Source: an uncultured Nitrososphaerota archaeon (GTDB taxonomy: Archaea; Korarchaeota; Korarchaeia; Korarchaeales; Korarchaeaceae). Taken from it: a stretch of DNA of 64,000 nucleotides. The position numbers and the translations under genes were made by a program. Location: contig CAZUBM010000004.1 in assembly GCA_964618805.1 (NCBI GenBank), positions 32,001-96,000 on the forward strand, in the 5' to 3' direction. Positions 27,521 to 37,194 of this stretch are shown here, one piece after another (positions within the stretch are counted from its first letter, which is position 1; each line of letters begins with the position of its first letter). The notes beneath the pieces are model-generated. The model made no database searches, was not told where the DNA came from, and saw only the letters and a program-made list of their open reading frames with translations.

Positions 27521-28002
27521 GCAGAGCCTTCTAGGAATCCAACCTCCTTTGCCCTTTGTAACGCTCCAGCAACCATTTCGTATACGCCTAAAAGGGTTTC
27601 TCCTCTCTTCTCCAACTCCTTTATCTCATCTAGACTCATCCAACACCAATCATCATGCTCTTCAGGAGTTAGTACGGGATCTCCCTCTGCCTTAGAAACG
27701 TACAACGGTATCACGAACTGAACGGCAGACCTCTTGTTTCCATAGGTATATGAATAAGTATCTACTGCAATCATGTCCTTTGGATCTATGCAGAACCCTG
27801 TTTCCTCCCTCAGCTCTCTACAAGCTGCATTCCTGGGGCTCTCCCCAAACCTCATTCTACCACCTGGAAGCTCCCACTTCCCAGGATATCTCTTTCTAAA
27901 ACCTCTCCGGAGAATCAGAACCTTACCCTGCCCATTCAGGATAACAACGCAGGGTACCACCATTACTCTAGCCCTTGAATGATTTGCCCTCCTTTCCCTC
28001 AT
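27517..28002 (-). CDS. NUDIX hydrolase
   Basis: Nudix box PGGRMRFGESPRNAACRELREETG. Confidence 0.92.
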   Translation of the reverse strand: MRERRANHSRARVMVVPCVVILNGQGKVLILRRGFRKRYPGKWELPGGRMRFGESPRNAACRELREETGFCIDPKDMIAVDTYSYTYGNKRSAVQFVIPLYVSKAEGDPVLTPEEHDDWCWMSLDEIKELEKRGETLLGVYEMVAGALQRAKEVGFLEGSA

Positions 28003-28415
28003 ATTAAAGAGCGCCTCTCCTCAGGAGGTTTTGCGTAGATAACATCAATAATCATTGGTGCCCCGCAGGCGGGGCATGGCTTATCCCACCTCTTCCCTAC
28101 ATACTCCCCTTCTTTAAACTCCCTTTCTGACTTGAAATTGCACTTCAAACATCTGACTAATGTCATATATTTCCATTTTGGCCCCTTTATTCCTCTGATT
28201 GCTTTAATAACATCAATAGATGTCTTTATTGCTATCCCTATCCCCATTACCCCAGCAAATACTTTGAATAGAGAGTTAGTGTTTCCAATGTTGCCTTTCT
28301 TTAGTTCATGCCAAATCATCCATGTTGAAAAGAGGACAAGTGCTCCTACTAGCGATATCCAAAAGAAATACCATCCCATGCTTATCCTAGCTTCCCCTTC
28401 CTTCTTAGCTGGCAA
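27999..28415 (-). CDS. Membrane protein with C-terminal Zn ribbon
   Basis: Two TM helices; CLKC..REFKEGEYV..CPACG. Confidence 0.7.
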   Translation of the reverse strand: MPAKKEGEARISMGWYFFWISLVGALVLFSTWMIWHELKKGNIGNTNSLFKVFAGVMGIGIAIKTSIDVIKAIRGIKGPKWKYMTLVRCLKCNFKSEREFKEGEYVGKRWDKPCPACGAPMIIDVIYAKPPEERRSLI

Positions 28416-29562
28416 CTCTAGAGACCTCCAACCTGTTACCTATTCCTGCTGAGTTACCAACGCCGACAACTATGACGTAGTCACCCTCAGAAGTCCTTTG
28501 GAGTATTGCTTCTTTAACCCTTTCAACTACCTCATCTGCCTTGCTTGCAATCTGCTTTGTCATTGCAGCAACAGCTTCTGCAAAGTCTTCCTTGATAACG
28601 ATGGCATCCAGAGGAATCCCATACTTAGTGGCAATCTCCTCTATCTTCCACCTCTCCACCCCTATTCCTCCTATGGCTGCTCCTACTCCTTCAGCAATTT
28701 CCCCTGTTTTCTCTCCCTCTAGCTTCAAAGCAGCGTCTATCATGACTATTCTGTTGACATTTCCCGCTCTCGATTCTATAATCCTCTTAAGTGCTTCTCC
28801 CGGCTTCCCTACCTCACCACCAGGCCCTTTTGCTTTGAGAACGAGTACACGCCTTCCCTCTATATCAAGTTCAGCCCCAACTACGTTCTCTCCAAAATCT
28901 ATTATCTTTGAATCTCCTATCAACTTGAGAGCAACTAACGGGCCAATTCCATCTCCCATCGGCAAGCCCAGCTTTGAGGCATCAACAGACATCCTCCAGG
29001 CTCTGGCCATCCTCATTATCTCCGGGAGCTGCATTTGTATCTGGGCTATGTATATCATGTTTTGCGTCTTCTTACCTAAAACGAAGAAGTGCCTAACTAC
29101 CCTAAAGATAAAATCTAGTGTTATTGTGCTCTCCAACAGGTCTCTCAAGTTAGCAAGTGCGATGTCATCAGAGGCTGGAGCGACCTCCTTTATGAAGAAA
29201 TTTAACCTATCTTCTCTGTTCCTTACGATATGATCGAGCTTCAAGACAGCACCAGCAGGATCAAGGGTTGCAGGTACTATCATGAAAAATCCAATAAAAC
29301 GCTCTAAAGCCTTCTTTATTACTTCCTTCTCCCTTCCATACTTAGAAGCTGTTTCAACGAACTCTCTTTCAGCTTCAAGCCTGAATCTATTTAGTTGATC
29401 TAAGGCCCTACCGATCTGTCCCATCCAGACCTGTATCTGTAATTTGCTTGCGTAAAAATTCAGAATAACCATAAATATCAAAAAGACCATCCATGAAAGC
29501 CAATCATCCATATTCTGCTGTAGCATAGCAAGCATACTCATCACAGCTGAGAAACCAATCAT
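28405..29562 (-). CDS. DUF1512-family protein
   Basis: Motifs LDPAG, VVRHFF..GKKT, GDGIGPLVA, KAKGPGG.VG.PG, IDAALKLEGE.TG.IAEGVGAAIGG, GVGN. Confidence 0.8.
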   Translation of the reverse strand: MIGFSAVMSMLAMLQQNMDDWLSWMVFLIFMVILNFYASKLQIQVWMGQIGRALDQLNRFRLEAEREFVETASKYGREKEVIKKALERFIGFFMIVPATLDPAGAVLKLDHIVRNREDRLNFFIKEVAPASDDIALANLRDLLESTITLDFIFRVVRHFFVLGKKTQNMIYIAQIQMQLPEIMRMARAWRMSVDASKLGLPMGDGIGPLVALKLIGDSKIIDFGENVVGAELDIEGRRVLVLKAKGPGGEVGKPGEALKRIIESRAGNVNRIVMIDAALKLEGEKTGEIAEGVGAAIGGIGVERWKIEEIATKYGIPLDAIVIKEDFAEAVAAMTKQIASKADEVVERVKEAILQRTSEGDYVIVVGVGNSAGIGNRLEVSRVAS

Positions 29563-29831
29563 CTTCCCTAAGCCACCTTAACAGCCTTTTAAATAACTCG
29601 GTTGATCTTCCTACGTCAAAGAAATCAAATTTTGTCTTTATAAAATATTTCATGAAGTCCCAAAACCAAGCATAAGGGCTCTTCTCAAATGCCCTAAAAT
29701 AGAATAGCCAGAAACCCTCAGTTACTAGCTGACTGAAATTTCCACCAATTCATGCTTGAAATTTTGTCCATCAGATGTCTTAACTCAATTATTTTCAGTA
29801 AAAGCCTTTAGAAAAACTCTAAAAATGGAAG

Positions 29832-29924
29832 CGGGCCCGGCGGGATTCGAACCCGCGACTTCCGGGTTTCCCCGTGCTTATTTACATAAAAGCCCGGCGC
29901 TCTACCATGCTGAGCTACGGGCCC
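29832..29924 (-). tRNA. tRNA-Lys(UUU) with 19-nt intron at position 37/38 (intron 29868-29886); CCA not encoded
   Basis: GGGCCCG acceptor stem, GCTC/GAGC D stem, CCGGG-CTTTTA[intron]A-CCCGG anticodon arm, GCGGG-TTCGAAT-CCCGC T arm. Confidence 0.95.
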
Positions 29925-30058
29925 AGCAACTTCTATACTTTGAAGTACATAAATTTTGGTGTGTTTGAACTCTAATCTCTGCGCTCATTTGATTGTTATG
30001 TAAATCTTTTTTAATAATGAAATTATGCAAACATGATTCAAACTAAAGGGGAATTAAA

Positions 30059-30568
30059 ATGCAGAGACGACGAGGTATCGGGGATAAGGAGATCAAAGTT
30101 TTGAGAATGTTAGTAGAGGATGGTAGGATCACCTATACCGGTATAGCGAAGAAATTGGGCATGAGTCCTGCGGGAGTGATGAAAAAGGTCAGAAAACTAG
30201 AGGAATTTGGCATAATCAAGGGCTATACAGCCATCGTAGATCATGCTAAGCTTAGAAAGCCTTACAAGTACGTAATTATGATAAAAACAGAGCCTGGCAA
30301 ACACCTTGATGTAGCTAAATCGATACATGAGGATATGAAGGAGAGCGTGCTGGAAGTACACACGATAACAGGACCATATGACGTGATAGTTAAGCTACTG
30401 GCTGGGAACAGTGAGGAACTGAATGAGCTTTTAAAGAAACTTCATAGAATAGAAGGAGTGAGGGAAACGAACACTTCCCTAATATTGGAGACCATAGAAG
30501 AGAGGCCCTCAGTGGTGCCCGAAGATATTCATCTCCCAATTCTAACTAGAGAATCAAGAGAAGAATGA
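30059..30568 (+). CDS. Lrp/AsnC-family transcriptional regulator
   Basis: LVEDGRITYTGIAKKLGMS..VRKLEEFGIIKGY; ITGPYD. Confidence 0.93.
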   Translation: MQRRRGIGDKEIKVLRMLVEDGRITYTGIAKKLGMSPAGVMKKVRKLEEFGIIKGYTAIVDHAKLRKPYKYVIMIKTEPGKHLDVAKSIHEDMKESVLEVHTITGPYDVIVKLLAGNSEELNELLKKLHRIEGVRETNTSLILETIEERPSVVPEDIHLPILTRESREE

Positions 30569-30577
30569 ATTTTCGGA

Positions 30578-31564
30578 TTAGAGGAAAGTCCAATCCTTTC
30601 CTAGCGGAGCAGCCTTAACGTTAAGCTTCATTCTTAAGTAAGAAGTAAGGTCGTTTGAGAAGCCAAACACGGTGTAAACCTGCCTAGCCTTAGACCTCCT
30701 AACGATCTCTAAGAGACCATTAAAGTCGGCATGAGAGCTTAGCGGAAATGCTCTATGAACTCTCTTTGGTCTTAAGATCAGTGCCCAACCTGTTGCTATA
30801 GCCAACTTGCTTCCATCTATTAGAACGTTAGAACATGGGCCTTTAACAACTGCAGACCTAAAGTCCTCTATCTCCTGAAGTCTCTCATAGCTTAGTTCGA
30901 AGAAAGGTTTGCAGACCGAACTCATCCTTTCAACCTCCTCGGTAACGAGGACCTTAAGCCTTGTTGCTTTGTTCAAAAGAGCTATGATCTCTTGGGCCTT
31001 TCCCAAGGGATATACGGAGAAGATGGGTATTGAACCCTCAGAGACAACTGAAAGGGTCCATTCTACTATTTTTGCCCTAACAAGGTCTTGATCAGGAAAT
31101 CTGAATTTTGGGTTCCCATAAGTTGATTCTATTATTAAGACATCTGCTTCAGGAACTTCTGCAGGGCCTTCTACAGCCAACCCTCCTCTAGGATTCACAT
31201 CACCGGTATATAGTATCCTATATCTCCCCTTCTCCAACAAAAACATGGCTGAACCTGGTACATGCCCTGCAATAAGGGGAGTGACCCTGAATTGGTCAAT
31301 TTCTATCTCTTTTCCGAAGTCAGAAAGGACTAAAGATTCCTTAGGAGCTTGAAAAACGGATTCTAATGCTTTCCCAGTGATGGTAGTTGCTATCATTTCT
31401 GACTTTGGATTTCTAACATCTCTAGGGACATGATCGGAGTGTGCATGAGTTATTAGAGCCGTAACTCCACTAAGAGTTCTTCTTGGGTCCATGATGATCC
31501 TAGATCCATTTGAAACCTCTATTCCATTGTTCCACCTAAGTTTCATGCCCTTAGTCTTTCCCAT
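30578..31564 (-). CDS. MBL-fold (beta-CASP-like) nuclease
   Basis: ITHAHSDH, AGHVPGS, YTGD, IESTYG, YPLGKAQE, LSSHADF. Confidence 0.88.
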   Translation of the reverse strand: MGKTKGMKLRWNNGIEVSNGSRIIMDPRRTLSGVTALITHAHSDHVPRDVRNPKSEMIATTITGKALESVFQAPKESLVLSDFGKEIEIDQFRVTPLIAGHVPGSAMFLLEKGRYRILYTGDVNPRGGLAVEGPAEVPEADVLIIESTYGNPKFRFPDQDLVRAKIVEWTLSVVSEGSIPIFSVYPLGKAQEIIALLNKATRLKVLVTEEVERMSSVCKPFFELSYERLQEIEDFRSAVVKGPCSNVLIDGSKLAIATGWALILRPKRVHRAFPLSSHADFNGLLEIVRRSKARQVYTVFGFSNDLTSYLRMKLNVKAAPLGKDWTFL

Positions 31565-31611
31565 CTCAATCTTTTTATTCCTTCTGTTCTAGCTCAAGCA
31601 GGGGGAACATC

Positions 31612-31779
31612 ATGAGCAAGAGGAAGAGAAGAAGGGAATTCATGCCAATGTCTACAGCTGGTATCTTGACTTTCAGCCAAGAGAGCTCTGAAGGGTTAAT
31701 AGTGCCTAAGTGGTTTCCAGTGGCCTTATCAGCGTCTCTTGCTGTGGCAATAATGGTTCTTCACCTAGTTATGGCCTGA
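31612..31779 (+). CDS. secG: Preprotein translocase subunit Sec61beta (SecG)
   Basis: Not in the ORF track (55 aa): MSKRKRRREFMPMSTAGILTFSQESSEGLIVPKWFPVALSASLAVAIMVLHLVMA, with basic N-terminus, P.S.AG(I/L).F motif and C-terminal TM helix. Confidence 0.8.
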   Translation: MSKRKRRREFMPMSTAGILTFSQESSEGLIVPKWFPVALSASLAVAIMVLHLVMA

Positions 31780-31788
31780 GGTGAGCCT

Positions 31789-32085
31789 TTGCTGATATCA
31801 GAGGCAGAGAAAATAATCAAAGATACTTATGAAAAGCGAGATAAGAGAAGAGGAGTTCCTTTAACCTTCCTTCACCTTGTTGAAGAGGTAGGGGAGCTTG
31901 CTAGATCTTTAAGGAATAAGGATAGAGAACAAATAGGAAGAGAGCTAGCAGACGTTTTTGCCTGGCTACTCAGCGTGTCATATCTCTTGGAAATAGATCT
32001 AGAAAAGGAATTTGTTCGATATTATGGGAAAGGCTGCCCTAAGTGCGGAAGCATTCCTTGTAAGTGTCCCCCTCTGGAGGGATAG
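31789..32085 (+). CDS. MazG-like nucleotide pyrophosphohydrolase
   Basis: LVEEVGELA..ELADVFAWL; C-terminal CPKCGSIPCKC. Confidence 0.9.
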   Translation: MLISEAEKIIKDTYEKRDKRRGVPLTFLHLVEEVGELARSLRNKDREQIGRELADVFAWLLSVSYLLEIDLEKEFVRYYGKGCPKCGSIPCKCPPLEG

Positions 32086-32091
32086 GCCGAT

Positions 32092-32661
32092 ATGCGGTTT
32101 CTTAAATTCCCACTTGATGAGACCATTCCTACAGCCATAAAGTTGGCCTCCAAAGTGAGGGAGAGCGGATTCTTTCCAGACATTATTGTAGCCATAAGCA
32201 GGGGAGGACTAGTCCTTGGAAGACTTCTTAGCGATCTTCTCAACGTCTCAGATTTGAGAACGATTAGAATTAGGAGATATAAGGGGGTAGAGGAGGCCGG
32301 GGAGCTGAAGATAGACATACCTGTGTTAGAGAGGTTGGATGGAAAAAGTGTTTTGATAGTAGATGATGTAGCAGATATGGGAGATACATTACTAGCTGCA
32401 ATTGAACACATAGAACAGCTGGGAGCAAAGGAGGTTAAGACTCTAACCATTCATTACAAACCTTGGTCGAGGGTAAGGCCAGACTTTTTTATCCAAAAGA
32501 CTGAAAGCTGGGTAGTGTATTGGTGGGAGTATGCCGAAACCGCAAGGTCCCTCTTCTCTAAACTATCTGAGGGGGAAGCTGACAAAGAAAAATTGCTCCG
32601 TAAGCTTGAAAGGGATGCTGGTATACCAGAGGAGGTGATTAATTGGCTGGGACTAAAGTGA
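32092..32661 (+). CDS. Type I phosphoribosyltransferase (purine PRT-like)
   Basis: AISRGG, VLIVDDVADMGDTL, KPWS..PDF. Confidence 0.9.
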   Translation: MRFLKFPLDETIPTAIKLASKVRESGFFPDIIVAISRGGLVLGRLLSDLLNVSDLRTIRIRRYKGVEEAGELKIDIPVLERLDGKSVLIVDDVADMGDTLLAAIEHIEQLGAKEVKTLTIHYKPWSRVRPDFFIQKTESWVVYWWEYAETARSLFSKLSEGEADKEKLLRKLERDAGIPEEVINWLGLK

Positions 32662-34190
32662 GCACTCACGAAGTCTTCCAGAGCGTTATGGAGATAGCTC
32701 AAAGAAGGGGGTTCTTTTGGCCAGCTGCAAGAGATCTGTACTCAGAGGCTCCTGCAGGATTTTGGATATACGGTCCCTTAGGCGTCAAGATCAAGAATAA
32801 AATCGTTCAAGCTTGGAGAAATTGGATTCTTAAGCCTGAAAAGGCCTATGAGATAGAGACTCCTTCTCTCTTACCCTTAACCATATTCAAGGCATCTGGT
32901 CACCTAGAACATTTCTTTGATAAGCTGGTTGAGTGCAATCAATGCCATACGAGATGGAGAGCAGACGAACTGCTGGAAGATAGGCTTAACATGCGAGGTC
33001 TTGAGGCAGCTTCTGAGCAAGAGCTTAAGAAGTTGCTAATTGAGCACGAGATAAGGTGTCCAAAGTGCGGAGCCTTTAACTGGTCAGATGTAGGGAGGTT
33101 TAATCTCATGTTCCTAACAGCGGCCGGAGCAGAGGCAGGAGAGCCAAACATGGGCCTTAGACCCGAGACTACGCAAGGAAGTGCGGTTGAATTTAGAAGA
33201 TGTTATATGGTGATGCGTGGGAAGCTTCCCTTCATAATAGCCCAGCTTGGTCACGTGTTCAGAAACGAAATAAGCCCAAGAAGAGGATTAATAAGGATGA
33301 GGGAGTTTCAGCAGTTGGAAGTACATGTTTTCTTCGATCCAGAGGACATCTCTCCATATGACAAGAAGTTAGAACCCCATTTAGACTACAAACTTAGGTT
33401 TCTGAAGTTAGATGATGCTGAAACTGGAAAAATAGGGGAAATACCTGCAAGAGAAGCACTTAAGAGTGGATACACGATAAACGAGCTTATCACATATTGG
33501 TTAGTCTTATATCAAAGATTCTTTAACGAGGTACTTGGATTCCCCCTTAAGAAGCTCAGATATAGGGAATTGGGGCCTGATGAGAGGGCTCACTATGCCT
33601 CAGCTCACTGGGACTTGGAGGTCTATTCCGAGGAGATGGGGTGGGTAGAACTAGTTAATAATGCCTATAGAACTGACTATGATCTGAAAGGACATTCAAG
33701 AGAGAGTGGAGTTGATTTGACCGTCCAAACAGATGGAAAAAAGGTTCTTCCACACCTTTATGAGCCCTCAATTGGCTTGGATAGGACGATATTCTTCGAG
33801 CTCCTTCTCTCCTTTAGAAAGGGTGATAGGGTTTGGATGCAGCTGCCTAGGAATATAGCCCCATTTGATGCAGCAGTTTTTCCACTGTTATCAAAAGAGG
33901 ATCTGATAAAGAAGGCTAAAGAAGTGGAAAAGCTTCTATCTAAGGATTTTGAGGTTTTCTATGACGATAAAGGATCCATTGGCAGAAGATATAGGAGGAT
34001 GGATGAGGTGGGAACGCCTGCATGCATTACAATAGACTATCAGACGTTGGAGGATGAAACAGTGACGTTAAGGGACAGGGATACCATGCAGCAGATCAGA
34101 GTTGAAATAGAAGATCTGCCTAAGAACCTGAGAGAATTCCTTTCTGGAGCAAGATTGGAGGAATTGGGAGAAATCATAGGTCAGAAGTAG
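32658..34190 (+). CDS. glyS: Glycine--tRNA ligase (archaeal/eukaryotic homodimeric type)
   Basis: RRGFFWP, LRPETTQG, FRNEISPR, REFQQLE, EPSIGLDR, GSIGRRYRRMDEVG. GTG start at 32658 preferred. Confidence 0.95.
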   Translation: MSTHEVFQSVMEIAQRRGFFWPAARDLYSEAPAGFWIYGPLGVKIKNKIVQAWRNWILKPEKAYEIETPSLLPLTIFKASGHLEHFFDKLVECNQCHTRWRADELLEDRLNMRGLEAASEQELKKLLIEHEIRCPKCGAFNWSDVGRFNLMFLTAAGAEAGEPNMGLRPETTQGSAVEFRRCYMVMRGKLPFIIAQLGHVFRNEISPRRGLIRMREFQQLEVHVFFDPEDISPYDKKLEPHLDYKLRFLKLDDAETGKIGEIPAREALKSGYTINELITYWLVLYQRFFNEVLGFPLKKLRYRELGPDERAHYASAHWDLEVYSEEMGWVELVNNAYRTDYDLKGHSRESGVDLTVQTDGKKVLPHLYEPSIGLDRTIFFELLLSFRKGDRVWMQLPRNIAPFDAAVFPLLSKEDLIKKAKEVEKLLSKDFEVFYDDKGSIGRRYRRMDEVGTPACITIDYQTLEDETVTLRDRDTMQQIRVEIEDLPKNLREFLSGARLEELGEIIGQK

Positions 34191-34206
34191 ACTTTGGCAG
34201 GGAAAT

Positions 34207-35148
34207 TTGATGACTAACATTATCATTACCCATAAGGATGTAGACGGTATTGCCAGCGGAGCCATAGTTTTAAGGAAGATAGGGGATGCAAGGATCAAGT
34301 TTGCAAGCCCTAGATCCATAGCTAGAGTGCTCTCTGGTATTCCTGAGAATAGCGATGAGATTTACATTTTAGATATAGCTGTGAACTCCTCTACACTTCA
34401 TGAAATAGCAAATGAGCTGTCAAGGCTTAAAAGGAGCGGTAGAAAGATCACATGGATAGATCACCACCCTTGGCCAAAGGGGGCCAAAGAGCTGCTTAGC
34501 AAGTACGTTGATATGTTAGTCGTTGAAATAAGTCCAAGTGCTGCAAGCCTTGTTAAGAGAATATTTGCTTCTGATGACCAAGTTTGTGAGAAGATAGCTC
34601 TGATAGGAGACGATGCAGACACCGGAAAGTATAGCATGGAACTCTCAAACATGTACTATTGGGTGGCCAGAGATCCAGGAAGACGTCTCTATCTACTTAG
34701 AACTCTGGCCGAGGGCAACTTTGAGGACGAAAAGGTTAGAAAATGGGCTAAGGAGCAGAAAAAGAGGGACCAGAAACTGCTGGAGGAGATTATAAGCAAA
34801 GCAGTTGAAATAAGGTTTACTAAGTCAGGGAAGAGGTATGCTCTAATTGATTTAAGGCCAAAAGGAGGGCCAGGTACTGCGATTGCAAGGGAATTGGCCA
34901 AAAGAGAGGGAATAGATTTCTCATTAGTATTATACTCCTGTGATGGTGGCTTTGGCCTATATAGAGGAAAGGGAGACGTGAAGCTGAAGAAAATATGCGA
35001 GCTATACAAGGGAGGAGGGCATGAATATGCCTGTGGGGGAAAGCTAAGGTTTAATTTCATCGAAAGAATTCTATGTACGATATTTGGAAGGAGATATAGA
35101 CCAAGGAATGTGAAAAATCTCATAAGACAGGTAGAAGAAACGATTTAA
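34207..35148 (+). CDS. DHH-family phosphoesterase
   Basis: THKDVDG, ILDIA, WIDHH, GGGHEYACG. Confidence 0.88.
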   Translation: MMTNIIITHKDVDGIASGAIVLRKIGDARIKFASPRSIARVLSGIPENSDEIYILDIAVNSSTLHEIANELSRLKRSGRKITWIDHHPWPKGAKELLSKYVDMLVVEISPSAASLVKRIFASDDQVCEKIALIGDDADTGKYSMELSNMYYWVARDPGRRLYLLRTLAEGNFEDEKVRKWAKEQKKRDQKLLEEIISKAVEIRFTKSGKRYALIDLRPKGGPGTAIARELAKREGIDFSLVLYSCDGGFGLYRGKGDVKLKKICELYKGGGHEYACGGKLRFNFIERILCTIFGRRYRPRNVKNLIRQVEETI

Positions 35149-35888
35149 ATCGATTCAAAGTATTGTTCAAGACTAGCTCTCTTCGCTAGCTTTACGATGA
35201 CTATATCCCTCCAAACCGGGAAGGAGACGTTTAATATTTCAATATTCCACATAGCCGCCCTTTTACTTCCGTTATGGGCATGAGCGTGAATCACAAGGTC
35301 AGGCCTAGTAGCCTCGATCACCTTTTCGTAGCCTCTATGACCAAGCTGAGGCCATATACTCCTGTACTCCCCAAACAACGTTTTAAATGTGGGTGCATAA
35401 TGCATCAACAAGACCTTAATGTCTGTATCGAGCTCCCGAAGGAGTTTCCCAACCTTCTTTATTCTGTTCTCATAAACCTCCTTTATCCCTGGCATGTGTC
35501 TTTCTTGCCACGTTGTAGGCTGTTCTAGGCTACCCTTTGTCCCTACGATTCCTAAGCTCATCCCCTTAATTTCAAACTTAACAAATTCGTCGTCCAGAAA
35601 AGTAATTACATCGCCAAACTCCTCTCTAAGTTTGTCGTGCGTCTCTTCATATTCCTCATTTCCAAATATGGCTACTACTCTCTCAGTTTCGAGCTGAGAG
35701 ATCGCTTCAATTGTAGGGGCGTACCACTTCACATTTCCCTTGTTAATAAGGTCTCCCGCCAACAAAACGATGTCTGGCTTATCCTTAACTCTTTTTATCG
35801 CTTCTTTCAAGGCCTCAAGGTACTTAGGCGAGTGGATATCTGCAGTTGAGGCTATAATAATGCTCCTTTTGCTAGATATTTCCCTCAA
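35145..35888 (-). CDS. Metallophosphoesterase (calcineurin-like)
   Basis: ADIH, LAGDL, FGNEE, HYAP, HAHAH. Start re-placed at TTG 35888. Confidence 0.85.
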   Translation of the reverse strand: MREISSKRSIIIASTADIHSPKYLEALKEAIKRVKDKPDIVLLAGDLINKGNVKWYAPTIEAISQLETERVVAIFGNEEYEETHDKLREEFGDVITFLDDEFVKFEIKGMSLGIVGTKGSLEQPTTWQERHMPGIKEVYENRIKKVGKLLRELDTDIKVLLMHYAPTFKTLFGEYRSIWPQLGHRGYEKVIEATRPDLVIHAHAHNGSKRAAMWNIEILNVSFPVWRDIVIVKLAKRASLEQYFESI

Positions 35889-35961
35889 CCCCCAACTAGG
35901 AAAGTTGGATATGAGAAAACTTAAAAGGGGATCTATGCTATTTGCTTCCCATTGATGAGCC

Positions 35962-36177
35962 TTGCCTAACATAGTTTGTCCATCGTGCAGTACGATTATC
36001 TATATGGAAGAAGATGATTATGATGGGGAGATGACCTGTCCTGAGTGCGGTGCCCTGCTCTACGTCGTTATAACGGGTCATATAGTAGAAAAAGTGGAGT
36101 TATTGGGTGAGGGATTCGAAGGAGAGGAATGGGAAGAAGACCTAGAAACTTGGACAGAAAAAGAGGAGGAATGGTGA
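35962..36177 (+). CDS. Small acidic Zn-ribbon protein, LysW-like
   Basis: CPSC..CPECGALLYVV followed by an acidic, Trp-containing tail. Confidence 0.7.
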   Translation: MPNIVCPSCSTIIYMEEDDYDGEMTCPECGALLYVVITGHIVEKVELLGEGFEGEEWEEDLETWTEKEEEW

Positions 36178-36198
36178 GGGCTTAAACCCTTTAAACCC

Positions 36199-37194
36199 TT
36201 AAACGTTCTTTGCCCTACTTAAGATGATTTCCCAGTTCTCATCAACGAGTTCCTGGAATTTGTCCAGCATCCATTTGTTATCTGGGAGAAACATGTGCCT
36301 AAACCTTCCTTGAAGCTTCAGGTACTCTATAACTGGTTTCTTCCTGTCAGGATTCTTAGCTATAGTAAGACTGGGTCCTGTCAAGTACCACTCTGAGTTT
36401 ATCACTTCATATAGCGGGAAGAAGCAGGTTTCAACTGCAAGCCTTGAAAGCTTGATGGTGTCCTTGGTATCTGTCCTCCATCCTCTTGGACAGACCCCAA
36501 AGGCGTGAATGAACGCTGGTCCCTCGGTCTCAAGCCCCTTGCGGAACTTCTTCAGAGAATCTACCCAGTAAGCTGGAGAAACCGTGGCTGCATAAGGGAT
36601 TCTGTGAGCTACTACTATGTCAACGATTGGCTTTTTAGTAAGGGGCTTCCCCTTTATTTTACTTCCCACAGGCGTCGTAGTGGTCCAAGCCCCGAAGGGA
36701 GTACCACCGCTCCTCTGAATTCCTGTGTTCATGTAGGCCTCATTATCGTAGAGGACGTATAGGAAGTTATGCCATCTCTCCAGAGCTCCTGAAAGGGCCT
36801 GAATACCTATGTCATAGGTGCCCCCATCTCCAGCCAGGGCCACCACATCGTAATTAGTATCGATATCTTGAGCGTCAGAAAATCTCTTAGCTCTCTGCAA
36901 CTTGTTCCTGCCTGCATCTATCCCTGAGGCAACTGCAGCAGCGTTCTCAAATGCTACGTGCATCCAAGGTATCTCCCAAGATGTGTATGGGAATATCGTT
37001 GTCACTACCTCCATGCATCCAGTAGCATTTACGATAACGATTGGCCTCCTTCTAGCCATCATGATGTGCCTTAGCACTATGGCACAACCACAACCAGCGC
37101 AAGCTCTATGACCTGGCAGAATTCCTGGGTTTTCTTTCATGAACTTAGGAAGCTGCTTAATGTTAGGTACAAATCCTTTGGCCATATGCTTCAC
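36199..37194 (-). CDS. porB: Pyruvate/2-oxoacid:ferredoxin oxidoreductase beta subunit
   Basis: GHRACAGCG, ATGCMEV, TPP motif GDGG..DNEAYMNTGIQRS. Confidence 0.93.
   Translation of the reverse strand: MKHMAKGFVPNIKQLPKFMKENPGILPGHRACAGCGCAIVLRHIMMARRRPIVIVNATGCMEVVTTIFPYTSWEIPWMHVAFENAAAVASGIDAGRNKLQRAKRFSDAQDIDTNYDVVALAGDGGTYDIGIQALSGALERWHNFLYVLYDNEAYMNTGIQRSGGTPFGAWTTTTPVGSKIKGKPLTKKPIVDIVVAHRIPYAATVSPAYWVDSLKKFRKGLETEGPAFIHAFGVCPRGWRTDTKDTIKLSRLAVETCFFPLYEVINSEWYLTGPSLTIAKNPDRKKPVIEYLKLQGRFRHMFLPDNKWMLDKFQELVDENWEIILSRAKNV

Noticed and set aside
29563-29831. Integrated element at the 3' end of tRNA-Lys
   Set aside because: AT-rich spacer only; no duplicated tRNA 3' end or adjacent integrase was seen.
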